A stretch of 64,000 nt of DNA from an archaeon (GCA_024274875.1 JAJSAH010000020.1:3897-67896); one strand, 5' to 3'. Positions 1 through 10,165 are shown, counted from the first letter of the stretch. Program-made: numbers and translations. Notes: generated by a model not told the origin, from the letters alone.

Positions 1-32
1 GATAAAGCGCGAAAGTACATAAGGTAGGTTTT

Positions 33-1040
33 ATGTGGGACCTTCTCAAATCAAAAATATCTAATTTTGTGTCTAAAGTAAAAGGGGAGGAGGAAAAATC
101 GGAAACTATCTCGAGTAAGAAAATAAGTAAGCAAGATGATGAGAGAATAAGCATAAAAGTTGGAATCAAGGACAAGATAAAGAAAACAATACTAAAAAAA
201 ATAACTCTTGATAAGTCAAAAATTGAAGAAATTGCCGATGAGTTGGAGTTATCTTTAATACAAGCAGATGTGCATCCGGATGTTGCAATGGACATTTGCA
301 GCAAAATTAAGGAGAGATTGTCTGATACTGAATTTACTAAGCAAAACTTGGAGGATGAAATTAAAGAAGTGCTCAAAAACATATTCAGGGAAGAGGTATT
401 TGGAGAGAGCAATGCGCCAGATTTGGTTGAGAAAGTTAAGGAATGCGCTAAACCTTGCAAGATTCTTTTTGTAGGACCTAACGGCGCAGGCAAGACCACC
501 ACTCTCGCGAAAATCGCGCGCTTATTAATGAAAAATGGATTCAAAGTAGTCATTTCTGCATCAGATACGTTTAGAGCAGCAGCAATCGAGCAGACGGAAG
601 AACATGGAGGCAAATTAGGAGTTAAAGTGATTAAGCATGCTTATGGAGCAGATGCTGCCGCTGTTGCGTATGATGCAATAAAACATGCCGAAGCAAAAGG
701 AATCGATGCAGTTTTAATAGACAGTGCTGGCAGGCAGGACACGAACGTTAATTTGCTTAGAGAACTTGAGAAAATGAAGCGAGTCATAAAGCCAGACCTA
801 ATAATTTTCATAGGGGAATCTATCGCTGGAGGTTCGCTATACCAACAAGTTGAAACATTCAAAAACAGCATAGGACTTGATGGCGTGATACTCACAAAGA
901 TTGATTGCGATGCTAAAGGGGGCACTGCAATATCTATTATGAGAGAGACCGGCGTGCCCATAATCTACCTTGGCGTGGGGCAAAAGCACGAAGATATTGT
1001 AAAATTCGATCCAGAATACATCATATCAAACATAATGTGA
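33..1040 (+). CDS. ftsY: Signal recognition particle receptor FtsY (SRP-type GTPase)
   Basis: NG domain motifs FVGPNGAGKTTT, DTFRAAAIEQ, DSAGRQDTN, TKIDCDAKGG; Lys/Glu-rich N-terminus. Confidence 0.9.
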   Translation: MWDLLKSKISNFVSKVKGEEEKSETISSKKISKQDDERISIKVGIKDKIKKTILKKITLDKSKIEEIADELELSLIQADVHPDVAMDICSKIKERLSDTEFTKQNLEDEIKEVLKNIFREEVFGESNAPDLVEKVKECAKPCKILFVGPNGAGKTTTLAKIARLLMKNGFKVVISASDTFRAAAIEQTEEHGGKLGVKVIKHAYGADAAAVAYDAIKHAEAKGIDAVLIDSAGRQDTNVNLLRELEKMKRVIKPDLIIFIGESIAGGSLYQQVETFKNSIGLDGVILTKIDCDAKGGTAISIMRETGVPIIYLGVGQKHEDIVKFDPEYIISNIM

Positions 1041-1044
1041 AAAA

Positions 1045-1269
1045 TCACGAAAGAGCCTTTTTCAACGCTTTCTCATCGGAGACATCAACAATTTGATCAA
1101 GGGGCTCTAAGTGGGATATGTTGGCTCGCCTGGGTTTTTTCCTCGCTGCTGAAACAACTTCCACAAAATTATGGTCAATTATCTCCTTAATCACGCATTT
1201 TTTTCCAGCGTCCCTCCCTCTTAATTTAATGCATACTCTTCCAGGTTCAATACTCCTCATGCTTATCAC
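1045..1269 (-). CDS. rpl14e: Ribosomal protein L14e (eL14, KOW)
   Basis: 74 aa, PGRVCIKLRGRDAGKKCVI KOW-like start; sits downstream of cmk/L34e as in archaeal secY-adk-cmk cluster. Confidence 0.75.
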   Translation of the reverse strand: MISMRSIEPGRVCIKLRGRDAGKKCVIKEIIDHNFVEVVSAARKKPRRANISHLEPLDQIVDVSDEKALKKALS

Positions 1270-1777
1270 CTATCATTTTTGCAATATATATTATTATTTC
1301 GGCTATTTGTTTAGGTTCAAACTCGCCGCTGTTTATGCAAATATGAAATTTATTTAAATCCATAATATTTATATTATATACTTCAAGGTACCTTTTTTTA
1401 TTCTGAGCATCTCTCCTCATCATGCTTTTTAAAGCGTCTTCATAACTCACGCCATCGCGCTTAGCAACCCTCTCCGCACGTATAGAATCCTCTGCATACA
1501 GCCAAACATTCAAATCCGCATCAGCAAACCACGGACCCAACCAAGTGCTTGTGACAAAGCTGTCATGTTTTTTAATTTCACCCTTCTGCCTGTCATCAAA
1601 CTCCAAGTCGATATTTTTATTCTGTTCCGCCAGTTTCTGCAATTCTGAGAGCGTAATTCCCCTCAGTTTCGCCTCTTCCTTAAATGAAAAAGAAATATGG
1701 GGGATGTTGAGCATGCGAGCAACATAAGAGGCAGCAGTTGTCTTTCCAACGCCAGTTAAACCACATATGCTTATCTT
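1247..1777 (-). CDS. cmk: Cytidylate kinase (archaeal type)
   Basis: P-loop MKISICGLTGVGKTT at internal Met; position between L34e and L14e matches conserved archaeal order. Confidence 0.7.
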   Translation of the reverse strand, partial: KISICGLTGVGKTTAASYVARMLNIPHISFSFKEEAKLRGITLSELQKLAEQNKNIDLEFDDRQKGEIKKHDSFVTSTWLGPWFADADLNVWLYAEDSIRAERVAKRDGVSYEDALKSMMRRDAQNKKRYLEVYNINIMDLNKFHICINSGEFEPKQIAEIIIYIAKMIGDKHEEY

Positions 1778-1801
1778 CATCGCAAACACTACCATGCGCG
1801 C

Positions 1802-2104
1802 TTAGAGGTACTGCTGGAAAACCAACGGCACATCCATTCCTTTCATATCTCCATTCTTTACCCTCGCGCGATACATTACAACTCTCTCAGCACATTTATG
1901 GCACAGATTGCCGCCAAAAATCCTCTCCGGCCTGCGCTCAGTTTTTCTAACCTTTCTGGGATTTGAAGCAGTGCCCTTAAGCTTAACCCCGCATACTGCG
2001 CATTTAGGCGCATTCATCTTCTCCCTCTTTGTGCGAGTTCTTAATTTACCGCCAGGAGACCTGTATGAAACTCTCTTTTTTGATCTTTCACTTCGTCTTA
2101 CCAT
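1802..2104 (-). CDS. rpl34e: Ribosomal protein L34e (eL34)
   Basis: MVRRSERSKKRVSYRSPGGK ... C-x2-C ... C-x2-C zinc motif, basic. Confidence 0.85.
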   Translation of the reverse strand: MVRRSERSKKRVSYRSPGGKLRTRTKREKMNAPKCAVCGVKLKGTASNPRKVRKTERRPERIFGGNLCHKCAERVVMYRARVKNGDMKGMDVPLVFQQYL

Positions 2105-2603
2105 TTTTCACACCTCCTATTTTCATCTGCGCTATGAAACTGAACAACATGAAGCTTATCCAAAACCAACCTACTGGACCAAATGCATCCCTCCAACTTA
2201 TCAGATGCTCTAAATTAAATTGCGGAATAGGTATGCTGAACGGAAACATAATCACATAATCTGAATAGACCTCTCGCAATTGACCCGCAATAAATGTTGA
2301 TACTAAAAGCAAAGGGAGAGTTATTAACATTGGCTTTAATTGAGATTTGAGCATATCTCCAGCCATCTTATTCATCTTTTCTTCATATTTCTTAAGTTCG
2401 CTGTCGCGCCTCGCCCTTGCAGCAGAAATGTATTTCTTGTTAATCTCCTTCATCTCTTCCTGCAACTGCTTATTTTTTTCCATAAGCTTGCGCATGCCCC
2501 CCAACTCATACATCACATACCTAAGCACTGCTGAGTACGCACCTGCCGCTATCGCTATTATAAATGTAATGGTTATTGGCTCCGAAATCATATCCTCACA
2601 CAC
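2088..2603 (-). CDS. DUF106/EMC3-like integral membrane protein (conserved between adk and cmk in archaea)
   Basis: 2-3 TM segments plus charged coiled stretch KLMEKNKQLQEEMKE; conserved genomic position. Confidence 0.55.
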   Translation of the reverse strand: MCEDMISEPITITFIIAIAAGAYSAVLRYVMYELGGMRKLMEKNKQLQEEMKEINKKYISAARARRDSELKKYEEKMNKMAGDMLKSQLKPMLITLPLLLVSTFIAGQLREVYSDYVIMFPFSIPIPQFNLEHLISWRDAFGPVGWFWISFMLFSFIAQMKIGGVKNGKTK

Positions 2604-3139
2604 TCCTCAAACATCTTTATCGATTGCTCTAATTTACCATCCTCATTTAATATAAACTTTATGGGTGCATTAGCATAACTTGAATACGAGCACACCATAG
2701 ATAAGTTAATCTGCTCATGAAAATATATGTTATGCTCAGATTCAATATCCCTCTTTCTTGATCTGTCCTTCTTCCTCCTGCCAAGGATCTCTTTAACAGA
2801 TGCATGAATGTATATGAATGCATCAACGCTTAACTTAGAGAGCACATAATATGGAAATCCTGGGTAATATCCGTCAGCCGTCTTAACGGATGCGTGAGTA
2901 TCAACTATGATTTCTTTGCCAAGCGTTAGAAGCCTGTTTGCCGCCTTATTCTGCAAACTGCGAAATTCTGATCTCTTAAGCCTGCGCATATCATCCCGGT
3001 TTTGCATGCCAAGTTCATGCGAAGCAATCTCAAACATAAGAGTGCCAAAACTCACTACATTTGCATTAGGATGGCGCTTCCTAAACTCCCTAATTATTGT
3101 GGTTTTGCCTGCACCGGGCGTGCCCATCACAATTATCAT
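2588..3139 (-). CDS. adk: Adenylate kinase (archaeal AdkA type)
   Basis: Start taken at internal Met: MIIVMGTPGAGKTTI P-loop; immediately downstream of secY. Confidence 0.85.
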   Translation of the reverse strand: MIIVMGTPGAGKTTIIREFRKRHPNANVVSFGTLMFEIASHELGMQNRDDMRRLKRSEFRSLQNKAANRLLTLGKEIIVDTHASVKTADGYYPGFPYYVLSKLSVDAFIYIHASVKEILGRRKKDRSRKRDIESEHNIYFHEQINLSMVCSYSSYANAPIKFILNEDGKLEQSIKMFEECVRI

Positions 3140-3140
3140 C

Positions 3141-4607
3141 TCAAGCACCCAACATTCCCCGCAGCGCAGGGTACATCTCAAACATCCTCTGGGACTCCAT
3201 CTCTTCATACATTCTGTACAATATTCCCGCTGTCAGTAGAATACCCGTCCCTGTGCCCAACGCGCCTGTGAGGTCTGCAAATGCCGCCAAGAGACCTACA
3301 AACCCGCTTCCAAGTATTGTAATCACAGGAATGTACTTAGCAAGTATTCTCTCAATCATGCGCTGATCTCTGCGAAATCCAGGAATTGATAGACCTACTC
3401 CTTTAAGTTGGTTTGCTACATCGCGTGCAGTCATTGAAGAGGTCTCGGTCCACAAATAACCAAAGATTACTGAAAGAATGCATAAACTAATTGCATATAA
3501 TATCGCATGCACATATTGAGGCACAAGCACTGCTCCGACAAATGGCACAAGCAAAGTATTGCTGCTCGTCAGCATAAGATTTATGTAAACAGGCATGCCG
3601 CCCGCAATCGCTATGGGTGATGGAAAGTTTGGGCTTATCAGATAAAGCAATCCCCCTGACAGCTGACCAGTAGGGTCATATGCAGCTATGAATGAAGCCA
3701 AACTTACACCCCCTATCTGAACATTTATGCCCTCTATAAACCTGCCAACCAACTGCAACGATGACAAAAACGCAAATGCAAGTATAACTGGCATGTTAGA
3801 TGTGTACAGAAATTTGATGGGGTACCTCCCTCCATAGCCGCGCGCCCTATCAAATGCAAGGGGAACTTCCACCTTGATTCCCTCTGCATAAACGGACGCT
3901 GCAAGAACAACGATCGTGGAAATTAATGGAGCGAGAGCAATTATGGCAAGAGGTATTGCATTCGCACCGCCTTCAGCCAAGTTGTGGATAAGAGTGTTTG
4001 ACTGCGGTATTCCTCCAAATCCTGTCAGGATGCCCATCATTCCTGAAACCACTGCAAGAGAAACTCCTCCCGCAATAAACAGCCCGATTCCACTGCCTAC
4101 ACCATACTTCGATATGACTTCATCAAAATACATTAACAATATAGACCCTAATGCAACCTGCAAAGCAACTATTATGCGAGTCGCTTCAGCTCCAAAAATT
4201 GGGTCGATAGTCATTAAATTTGTATACACATACGCTTCGAAAAGCGCAAGTATGATTGTGAGCAACTTCTGCGCGCCTTGAAAGAGCGCTTTGTTCTTTG
4301 GATCTGACAAATCCATATCAATTATTTTGGCGCCAACAAACAGCTGAAGGAATATTGATGCAAGAACAATTGGACCAATACCTGTTGTAACTAAGGAACC
4401 TATTTTTGAAGCCAACACCAACTGCAGAAATTGCATGCTTGAATCTTCGCCAACAATCACGCCAACTGGATAAACATGATACATTACATAAAACAGCACC
4501 AATATTGCCCCGGTATAGAACAACCTTTCTTTCAGAGAGGGGGGAACACTGGGCGGCCTCACTTCTGGCAAACGATCGATTGCAGGCTTTAGGAAATTAA
4601 GGTTCAT
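3141..4607 (-). CDS. secY: Preprotein translocase subunit SecY
   Basis: 488 aa, 10 TM helices, follows L15 in r-protein cluster. Confidence 0.95.
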   Translation of the reverse strand: MNLNFLKPAIDRLPEVRPPSVPPSLKERLFYTGAILVLFYVMYHVYPVGVIVGEDSSMQFLQLVLASKIGSLVTTGIGPIVLASIFLQLFVGAKIIDMDLSDPKNKALFQGAQKLLTIILALFEAYVYTNLMTIDPIFGAEATRIIVALQVALGSILLMYFDEVISKYGVGSGIGLFIAGGVSLAVVSGMMGILTGFGGIPQSNTLIHNLAEGGANAIPLAIIALAPLISTIVVLAASVYAEGIKVEVPLAFDRARGYGGRYPIKFLYTSNMPVILAFAFLSSLQLVGRFIEGINVQIGGVSLASFIAAYDPTGQLSGGLLYLISPNFPSPIAIAGGMPVYINLMLTSSNTLLVPFVGAVLVPQYVHAILYAISLCILSVIFGYLWTETSSMTARDVANQLKGVGLSIPGFRRDQRMIERILAKYIPVITILGSGFVGLLAAFADLTGALGTGTGILLTAGILYRMYEEMESQRMFEMYPALRGMLGA

Positions 4608-4615
4608 CTATACAC

Positions 4616-5038
4616 CTATTTCTCGCTCTGCAGCACGCGCGCTTCTCCACCTACCTGCTCAATTTTTTCCACAGCATTTTTTGAAAAATGCTGCGCCTCA
4701 ATCACCACCGGAAACAATAGCGTGCCAGCACCAAGAACTTTTCCATCGAACTTATAATAAAATATGTTATCCCTCTTCTTAATCTCCCCATTAGCAATCA
4801 TCCGCGATATTGAAGATAAGTTCATTTTATTAATTTTCTTCAATGTTGGATTTAGAAATCCATTCCTACCATAAAACCCTTTTTCATACTTATATGTGTA
4901 TGTTTTTTTATGCTTTCTGGATCCTCCGCGGCCTGTGCCGCCTCTGCAACCGGAACCCCTTCCTTTTTTGGTGTTGCCCCTTCCATGCGACCTTGTTCCA
5001 GCATACTTGCGTTTCCTTGATTTATGAGTCCTTACCAT
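4616..5038 (-). CDS. rpl15: Ribosomal protein L15 (uL15)
   Basis: MVRTHKSRKRKYAGTRSHGRG...GRGGSRKHKK Gly/Arg-rich N-term. Confidence 0.9.
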   Translation of the reverse strand: MVRTHKSRKRKYAGTRSHGRGNTKKGRGSGCRGGTGRGGSRKHKKTYTYKYEKGFYGRNGFLNPTLKKINKMNLSSISRMIANGEIKKRDNIFYYKFDGKVLGAGTLLFPVVIEAQHFSKNAVEKIEQVGGEARVLQSEK

Positions 5039-5493
5039 CAGATCATCCTCCTCAATAATGCATTAATGGCTTCTCTCCTATAACCAAGCGCCCCGCGAGG
5101 ATATGCATACTTTATATGTTTATATCCCCCGCTCGGCGGATGCAACCGAAATACAGGTTTAATCCCAATATCTTTTGCTTTCTTGCCGCTCAAAATTGCT
5201 TCAGCCAATTCATTATAATTCTTAAAACCTTTGTCTTTAAGGAATTTTTTAGAAATGCGCTTGTTGCCTGCTAAACGCCCTCTTTTCTGCACAACCTTTG
5301 CAAACACATCCTTATTAACTTCTCCCCAAGTCACATAATCTTTGCATTTGTTGAGCATCCCTTTCAACTGCGCAGATTCACCCATGACCACGCAATGATT
5401 CACCCTCGTCAAATTAAGCAAATGCATCGTGCGTTTTATATCAGGTTTTATGCCTGTTCTTCCTCTCACCCTAATGATAGCATAATATTTCAT
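5038..5493 (-). CDS. rpl30: Ribosomal protein L30 (uL30)
   Basis: MKYYAIIRVRGRTGIKPDIKRTMHLLNLTR; start moved to internal Met to clear S5. Confidence 0.85.
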   Translation of the reverse strand: MKYYAIIRVRGRTGIKPDIKRTMHLLNLTRVNHCVVMGESAQLKGMLNKCKDYVTWGEVNKDVFAKVVQKRGRLAGNKRISKKFLKDKGFKNYNELAEAILSGKKAKDIGIKPVFRLHPPSGGYKHIKYAYPRGALGYRREAINALLRRMI

Positions 5494-5497
5494 ACAA

Positions 5498-6142
5498 TCA
5501 CTCCTCTGACCAATCAACATTGGATTGCATATTCGTAAGCTCTTTCAGCGCTCGATACACAGCAATAGCAGTATTGTACCTTGTGGAAGTGTGGCCTTTT
5601 GAATGCGACCACACATCGCTTAACCCAACTTTTGAAAGAACTTTCTTGACAACATTATTGCCGACAATACCAACCCCTCTCGGCGCAGGTTTAAGCATCA
5701 CGCTAACGCTGCCGCATTTCCCAGATACCTTTACAGGCAAGCTGTGGCGCGTCCCGCAACCGCATTCCCAAGAACCGCATCCAAACGGAACATAAATTAT
5801 GTTCATCTTCGCATCGCGAATAGCATTCTCTATAGCAGGCCTAACCTCATCTGACTTGCCTGCGCCTATGCCCACATGACCATGACCGTCTCCTACCACA
5901 ACAACTGCCCTGAATCTTATCTTTCGCCCTGAATCAGTGACTCTTTGCGTAGTGCCAAGTTTTAAGATTTCATCCTTCAAATCCGGCAAGAGTTTATCAA
6001 CGATTTCTGATTCTAATATTTTCTCTCCGCTAAGAATGATTTCATCAATGCTTGTTATCTGACCGCTAGCCACTTTGCGACCCAACTCAGTTTTTGGAAC
6101 CCATTCCACCTCAACTTCCTTTGATTGACCTCTCATCACCAT
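5498..6142 (-). CDS. rps5: Ribosomal protein S5 (uS5)
   Basis: FRAVVVVGDGHGHVGIGAGKSDEVRPAIENAIRDAK signature. Confidence 0.95.
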   Translation of the reverse strand: MVMRGQSKEVEVEWVPKTELGRKVASGQITSIDEIILSGEKILESEIVDKLLPDLKDEILKLGTTQRVTDSGRKIRFRAVVVVGDGHGHVGIGAGKSDEVRPAIENAIRDAKMNIIYVPFGCGSWECGCGTRHSLPVKVSGKCGSVSVMLKPAPRGVGIVGNNVVKKVLSKVGLSDVWSHSKGHTSTRYNTAIAVYRALKELTNMQSNVDWSEE

Positions 6143-6154
6143 AACAATACCCCT

Positions 6155-6733
6155 TTACATTTTAGATTTCACATCCTCTACCAACGCAGGCAGGTTGCCC
6201 GGATCAATCTTGCTTGAAAGATACTTTGAGAACAATCTTTTGTACATCGCCTCATCGGATTTCTTAACTTGATTAGCGTACTCAGCTATATGCTTGCCAG
6301 AGAACCTGTCCATATCAAATACACTCTCACTATGAGGAATATCCATGCCAGCATCAATCGCACCTTTCAAAACCGCATATGCAAAAAATGATTTGGTAGG
6401 AGTCCTTCTACCAAGATCCAAAACCGCTTTCTTGATATTCTTTGCAATTGCGCGCTTGCCAAGCAGATACCCTATTAAATATGCAAACGGAGCGCTCTTC
6501 ATATTAGGAAGACCATACTTAGACAAATCTTTCGATGATGCACTGACCGCAACCTTATCCCCCTCTGGAGAATATGCAACTATCTGCGCAATAATGTTCC
6601 TGCAAGTTTTCCTAACAACAAGCCTATCGCCAAACTTCAATAAGGCAATGCGCTTTGAATAGTTAGTTTTACCTTCCCTCCGTCTCCTAAAAGCCACTTT
6701 ATAAGTGCATCTTGTCGCTCTTCCCATAATCAC
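6155..6733 (-). CDS. rpl18: Ribosomal protein L18 (uL18, L5e family)
   Basis: AFRRRREGKTNYSKR...RLVVRKTCRNIIAQI. Confidence 0.9.
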   Translation of the reverse strand: MIMGRATRCTYKVAFRRRREGKTNYSKRIALLKFGDRLVVRKTCRNIIAQIVAYSPEGDKVAVSASSKDLSKYGLPNMKSAPFAYLIGYLLGKRAIAKNIKKAVLDLGRRTPTKSFFAYAVLKGAIDAGMDIPHSESVFDMDRFSGKHIAEYANQVKKSDEAMYKRLFSKYLSSKIDPGNLPALVEDVKSKM

Positions 6734-6735
6734 AC

Positions 6736-7173
6736 CTACTTAAACAAGTTGTTATCTTTTATGTAATGCATCAACTGCGAACATGACTTAAACTCACCGC
6801 CTTTTATCTTAAGGTATAATCTCCTGTATGCAGAATCCTTAAGCGCAGACTTAACCTTTCTGAGCGTTCTTCTCTGAGCCCTCGTATGCAAAGTCCATAT
6901 CCGCTTCTTAAGATTGGAAGGTCTCCCCTTCACACTGCCTGCGCCGCGCCTTCCCTTGCGCTTTCTCTCATCATTCAACCTTCCTCTGTATCTTGATGTG
7001 CCGCGCTTTTTCTCAGATGTTATTGTCCCCTGCATTATGAGCACTTTTACATCATCGCGCGTGAGCGCTGAGGATGCTTCCGAAAACTTCTCCGGATTAA
7101 TCTTAATCCTATTCTCACCGCATTTGAGTATGTCCGCGGCCATTCTTTTAACAGTTTTTATGCTCATAAACAC
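6736..7173 (-). CDS. rpl19e: Ribosomal protein L19e (eL19)
   Basis: KRMAADILKCGENRIKINPE...very basic C-terminus. Confidence 0.9.
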   Translation of the reverse strand: MFMSIKTVKRMAADILKCGENRIKINPEKFSEASSALTRDDVKVLIMQGTITSEKKRGTSRYRGRLNDERKRKGRRGAGSVKGRPSNLKKRIWTLHTRAQRRTLRKVKSALKDSAYRRLYLKIKGGEFKSCSQLMHYIKDNNLFK

Positions 7174-7176
7174 ACC

Positions 7177-7539
7177 CTAATTCAACAATTTCAGCCCAAG
7201 CTCTGTTACCTTGCTAACTATCTGCTCCCTCTTTCTCTTGCCTATGCTTGATGCAATCCTAACCGCTACAGATTCCTTATCTATTCCATCTAAATCATGC
7301 AAAGATCTCACAAGCACTTCTGAATATCCACTGGGGTGAAGCCCACGCAACGCACGTGGGTTGCGATATCCAACATTCGGCAGCGCCCCCATCTTGACCT
7401 GCTTCTCCCTTTGCTTATTATCAACACCTCTGGGTTTCCTCCATGTATCTTTAAGCCTCCTTCTGTCTGGCCTGCCTACATTAGGCCTAACAAAACGCGG
7501 ATGTTTAACTTTTTTTGATCGCAATTTATCCGATTTCAT
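7177..7539 (-). CDS. rpl32e: Ribosomal protein L32e (eL32)
   Basis: KHPRFVRPNVGRPDRRRLKDTWRKPRGVDNK...GYRNP. Confidence 0.9.
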   Translation of the reverse strand: MKSDKLRSKKVKHPRFVRPNVGRPDRRRLKDTWRKPRGVDNKQREKQVKMGALPNVGYRNPRALRGLHPSGYSEVLVRSLHDLDGIDKESVAVRIASSIGKRKREQIVSKVTELGLKLLN

Positions 7540-8039
7540 TCTCTCACCAAGTATATGCCATCTTGAAATATGCGCTCATCCTTTCCTCTTATGCGAGTAG
7601 CGCCTCTAAGGTTTGCTGCGGTCTGGCCCACACCGTATATATCAGGACCCTGTATAATCACTTCCTTGCCTTTCACTTTAACCTGAGTATTTCCGACCAC
7701 TTTAGCAATCCTATCAACCTTTGCCCCAAGAAAGTTCTTTATATGAATTTCATTTCCCTTTACTTCAATCTTTATTGGAAAGTGCGAGTATAAAACCGAC
7801 ATCTTCATCTCGTGCCCTTGCATTACGCCTTTAATCGCGTTGAGAATGTGGGCTTTGCATGTGTTCACAAACATTTTCGGTCCAACAATCTTCAAAGAGT
7901 CGTTCTCGCGATTCAAAGAAAGTTTCTTAGACAATGGAATGCTGACTTCGCCCTTCGCCCCTTTAACCGTAACAGCTTCCGGCGTTACTGTTATGTCGAC
8001 TTCTTTTGGAATTTCAACAACCGCGTCCACAACACTCAC
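7536..8039 (-). CDS. rpl6: Ribosomal protein L6 (uL6)
   Basis: two-domain L6 pattern; EIPKEVDITV...VKGAKGEV; position between L32e and S8. Confidence 0.9.
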   Translation of the reverse strand: MSVVDAVVEIPKEVDITVTPEAVTVKGAKGEVSIPLSKKLSLNRENDSLKIVGPKMFVNTCKAHILNAIKGVMQGHEMKMSVLYSHFPIKIEVKGNEIHIKNFLGAKVDRIAKVVGNTQVKVKGKEVIIQGPDIYGVGQTAANLRGATRIRGKDERIFQDGIYLVRE

Positions 8040-8423
8040 CTAATAAATATATCCTATCAACCTTCCGCCAATGCCTTTCTCTCTTGCTTCTATATTCGTC
8101 ATTACGCCCTGGGAAGTTGATACTATCAAATGCCCAAACTCCTTGCTGAGAATGTATCTCTCCTCCCACTTAACCCAATCATTTGCGCGCACAGAAAACC
8201 TTGGCTTGATAGCGCCGCAATCATTTATTGAACCGATTCCGCTAATTATGAGCTCCCCGCCTCTACCATTTTCAACTAATTCATATGATTGAATGTATCC
8301 TTTATCTTTGAGAATTTGCACAACATTCAAAAGCAACTTCGAAACTGGCTTAAGCTTGCATTCATGCTTTCCAACTTTTTTGTGAGTTTTTATTACATTT
8401 AATCCATCGGCAACTACATCCAT
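8040..8423 (-). CDS. rps8: Ribosomal protein S8 (uS8)
   Basis: DVVADGLNVIKTHKKVGK...IVSTSQGVMTNIEAREKGIGGRLIGYIY. Confidence 0.9.
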   Translation of the reverse strand: MDVVADGLNVIKTHKKVGKHECKLKPVSKLLLNVVQILKDKGYIQSYELVENGRGGELIISGIGSINDCGAIKPRFSVRANDWVKWEERYILSKEFGHLIVSTSQGVMTNIEAREKGIGGRLIGYIY

Positions 8424-8433
8424 AATAACACCT

Positions 8434-8604
8434 TCAATACTTCCTGAATCCTATCCTCTCACCGTAATCCCTAAAACATCTCCTGCATATGTTAAGCCTG
8501 TACTTCCTAATCAACCCTCTCGCAGTGCCGCAAAAACGGCATTTCCTGTTTCCCTTGCCTTTATACTTGGATAAATATTTCTTCTCATCTTTTGGCTCCA
8601 AACA
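8434..8604 (-). CDS. rps14: Ribosomal protein S14 type Z (uS14, zinc ribbon); TTG start, absent from ORF track
   Basis: Hand translation of minus strand: (L/M)[54 protein letters not shown]; C-x2-C...C-x2-C; fills the canonical L5-S14-S8 gap; no in-frame ATG after the L5 stop, two in-frame TTG. Confidence 0.7.
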   Translation of the reverse strand, partial: CLEPKDEKKYLSKYKGKGNRKCRFCGTARGLIRKYRLNICRRCFRDYGERIGFRKY

Positions 8605-8605
8605 A

Positions 8606-9124
8606 TCACCCTTCTATTTCAACACCAAACTTATCACGCAAATACTCCTGCGCCTCATCATCTGTTATCACATGCTTCTTCCCAACGCGAGACCTTGCAA
8701 CCTTGCGCTTCGCGACTCTGTATCCAGGCCTCTCCAGATTAACGCAAACATCAAAACCCAGAACACCAATCTTTGGATCATACTTTGCACCGGGAAAATC
8801 AATGTACTCTTTCACGCCAAACGAGAAATTTCCTCTGCCATCAAACGCGCGCTTATTCAGCTTGTTTCCCACCGCAGTAAATGCTTTCTTCAGGAATGAT
8901 TCGGCATCCTCCCCGCGCAATGTGGTTTTTGCACCTATGGGAAGGCCTTTTCTGATGCCCCAAGTAGGGTTCCTTGTCTTTGATTTAGTGAGCACCACAT
9001 TCTTGCCAGCGAGCCTGCTTAAGAAAGCTGCTGCATTCTCCAATTCTTCTCCTGCCTTGCCTATTCCCATGTTCACGACAACTTTTGACAGATGAATTTC
9101 TCTCATTTTTGACATATCATTCAC
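8606..9124 (-). CDS. rpl5: Ribosomal protein L5 (uL5)
   Basis: [17 protein letters not shown]...[19 protein letters not shown]. Confidence 0.95.
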   Translation of the reverse strand: MNDMSKMREIHLSKVVVNMGIGKAGEELENAAAFLSRLAGKNVVLTKSKTRNPTWGIRKGLPIGAKTTLRGEDAESFLKKAFTAVGNKLNKRAFDGRGNFSFGVKEYIDFPGAKYDPKIGVLGFDVCVNLERPGYRVAKRKVARSRVGKKHVITDDEAQEYLRDKFGVEIEG

Positions 9125-9806
9125 CTAAAACAAACAAGTACTCTTTTAACGTGACAAATTTCTCACCTGCATCAGAAACAACTACTGCCTTCGCCCTTGC
9201 CTGCGGTGTGCCTGCAATGATTGATTCAACCGCGCCAACATCGCCAGCATGCTTGCCTTTAAGAACCTTGCACTTGGATCCATCTTTCAAAGGAAATACC
9301 TTCAATACCTTAAAATCAGGTATTGAGAATTTAACTACATCGCCCATATTCAATTCCTTATCCAACAGCATCGAGCGACCATCATCAAAAGAGTACTGCA
9401 TCCTGCCTTTTGAAACCTTGCGCTTGCCTACAACTTTAAGAAATTTGTGCTTCAAATTGTAATTCCTTTTTGGAACTAGCCTGCCCTTCGAATCAAGATC
9501 TATGTAATATGTCATGTTCATGCCCTTTATATGGACAACATCCATAAACCCTATTGGAAACTTAATATCTTTAACAACCTTTCCATCCACAAGCACTTTT
9601 CCTTGCGTTATGATATATTTTGCCTCCTTGCGAGTGTGAGCCACATTCAATAAATCGCGCAGCAATGAACCAAGCGCTATACTCTCGGATGCCGAATGCG
9701 TGCCTGCATTCGGCTTAATCAACCAAGTCTTGCCCTTTTTAGGCAACAAGATTACGCGGGAAATGTTCAACCGCTTCAATGTGTTATCATGACCATGCTT
9801 TGCCAT
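9117..9806 (-). CDS. rps4e: Ribosomal protein S4e (eS4)
   Basis: KRLNISRVILLPKKGKTWLIKPNAGTH; KOW region GDVVKFS. Confidence 0.9.
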   Translation of the reverse strand: MAKHGHDNTLKRLNISRVILLPKKGKTWLIKPNAGTHSASESIALGSLLRDLLNVAHTRKEAKYIITQGKVLVDGKVVKDIKFPIGFMDVVHIKGMNMTYYIDLDSKGRLVPKRNYNLKHKFLKVVGKRKVSKGRMQYSFDDGRSMLLDKELNMGDVVKFSIPDFKVLKVFPLKDGSKCKVLKGKHAGDVGAVESIIAGTPQARAKAVVVSDAGEKFVTLKEYLFVLGE

Positions 9807-9814
9807 ACTTACAC

Positions 9815-10165
9815 CTATTTAGACCTCGCAGCAGATTTTGTCTCCTTCGCCTCAAGACTTGTAAGCATAAGAATGGAAGGATCGAGAAAAATGGGCTTTT
9901 CCTTGCCATCGGGCTTTCTCACAGTTATTCCTTCAAGCGCCACCTTGCGCTCCTTCAGCTTGACCTTAACTACTTTCGCCTCTTTGCCCTTATGCTCGCC
10001 TCTCATCACTTTAACAATATAGCCATTTTTAACGCGCGCAGAACGCCTGCCCAGCGTCTTGCGGAGATCCTTAGATACATGAACTGACACCATATCTTGC
10101 TTTCTATGCAAAGGAGCATTTTCTAAAAACTTCCGCTGCTTTCTCCTAGATTTAGTTACCATCAT
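9815..10165 (-). CDS. rpl24: Ribosomal protein L24 (uL24)
   Basis: KOW: GYIVKVMRGEHKGKEAKVVKV. Confidence 0.9.
   Translation of the reverse strand: MMVTKSRRKQRKFLENAPLHRKQDMVSVHVSKDLRKTLGRRSARVKNGYIVKVMRGEHKGKEAKVVKVKLKERKVALEGITVRKPDGKEKPIFLDPSILMLTSLEAKETKSAARSK

Noticed and set aside
3097-3366. Plus-strand small ORFs across the secY/adk junction, and the adk ORF-track start at 3208
   Set aside because: Adk P-loop begins at the internal Met (3139). The upstream extension overlaps the secY 3' end, and its Cys/Arg-rich translation is implausible.
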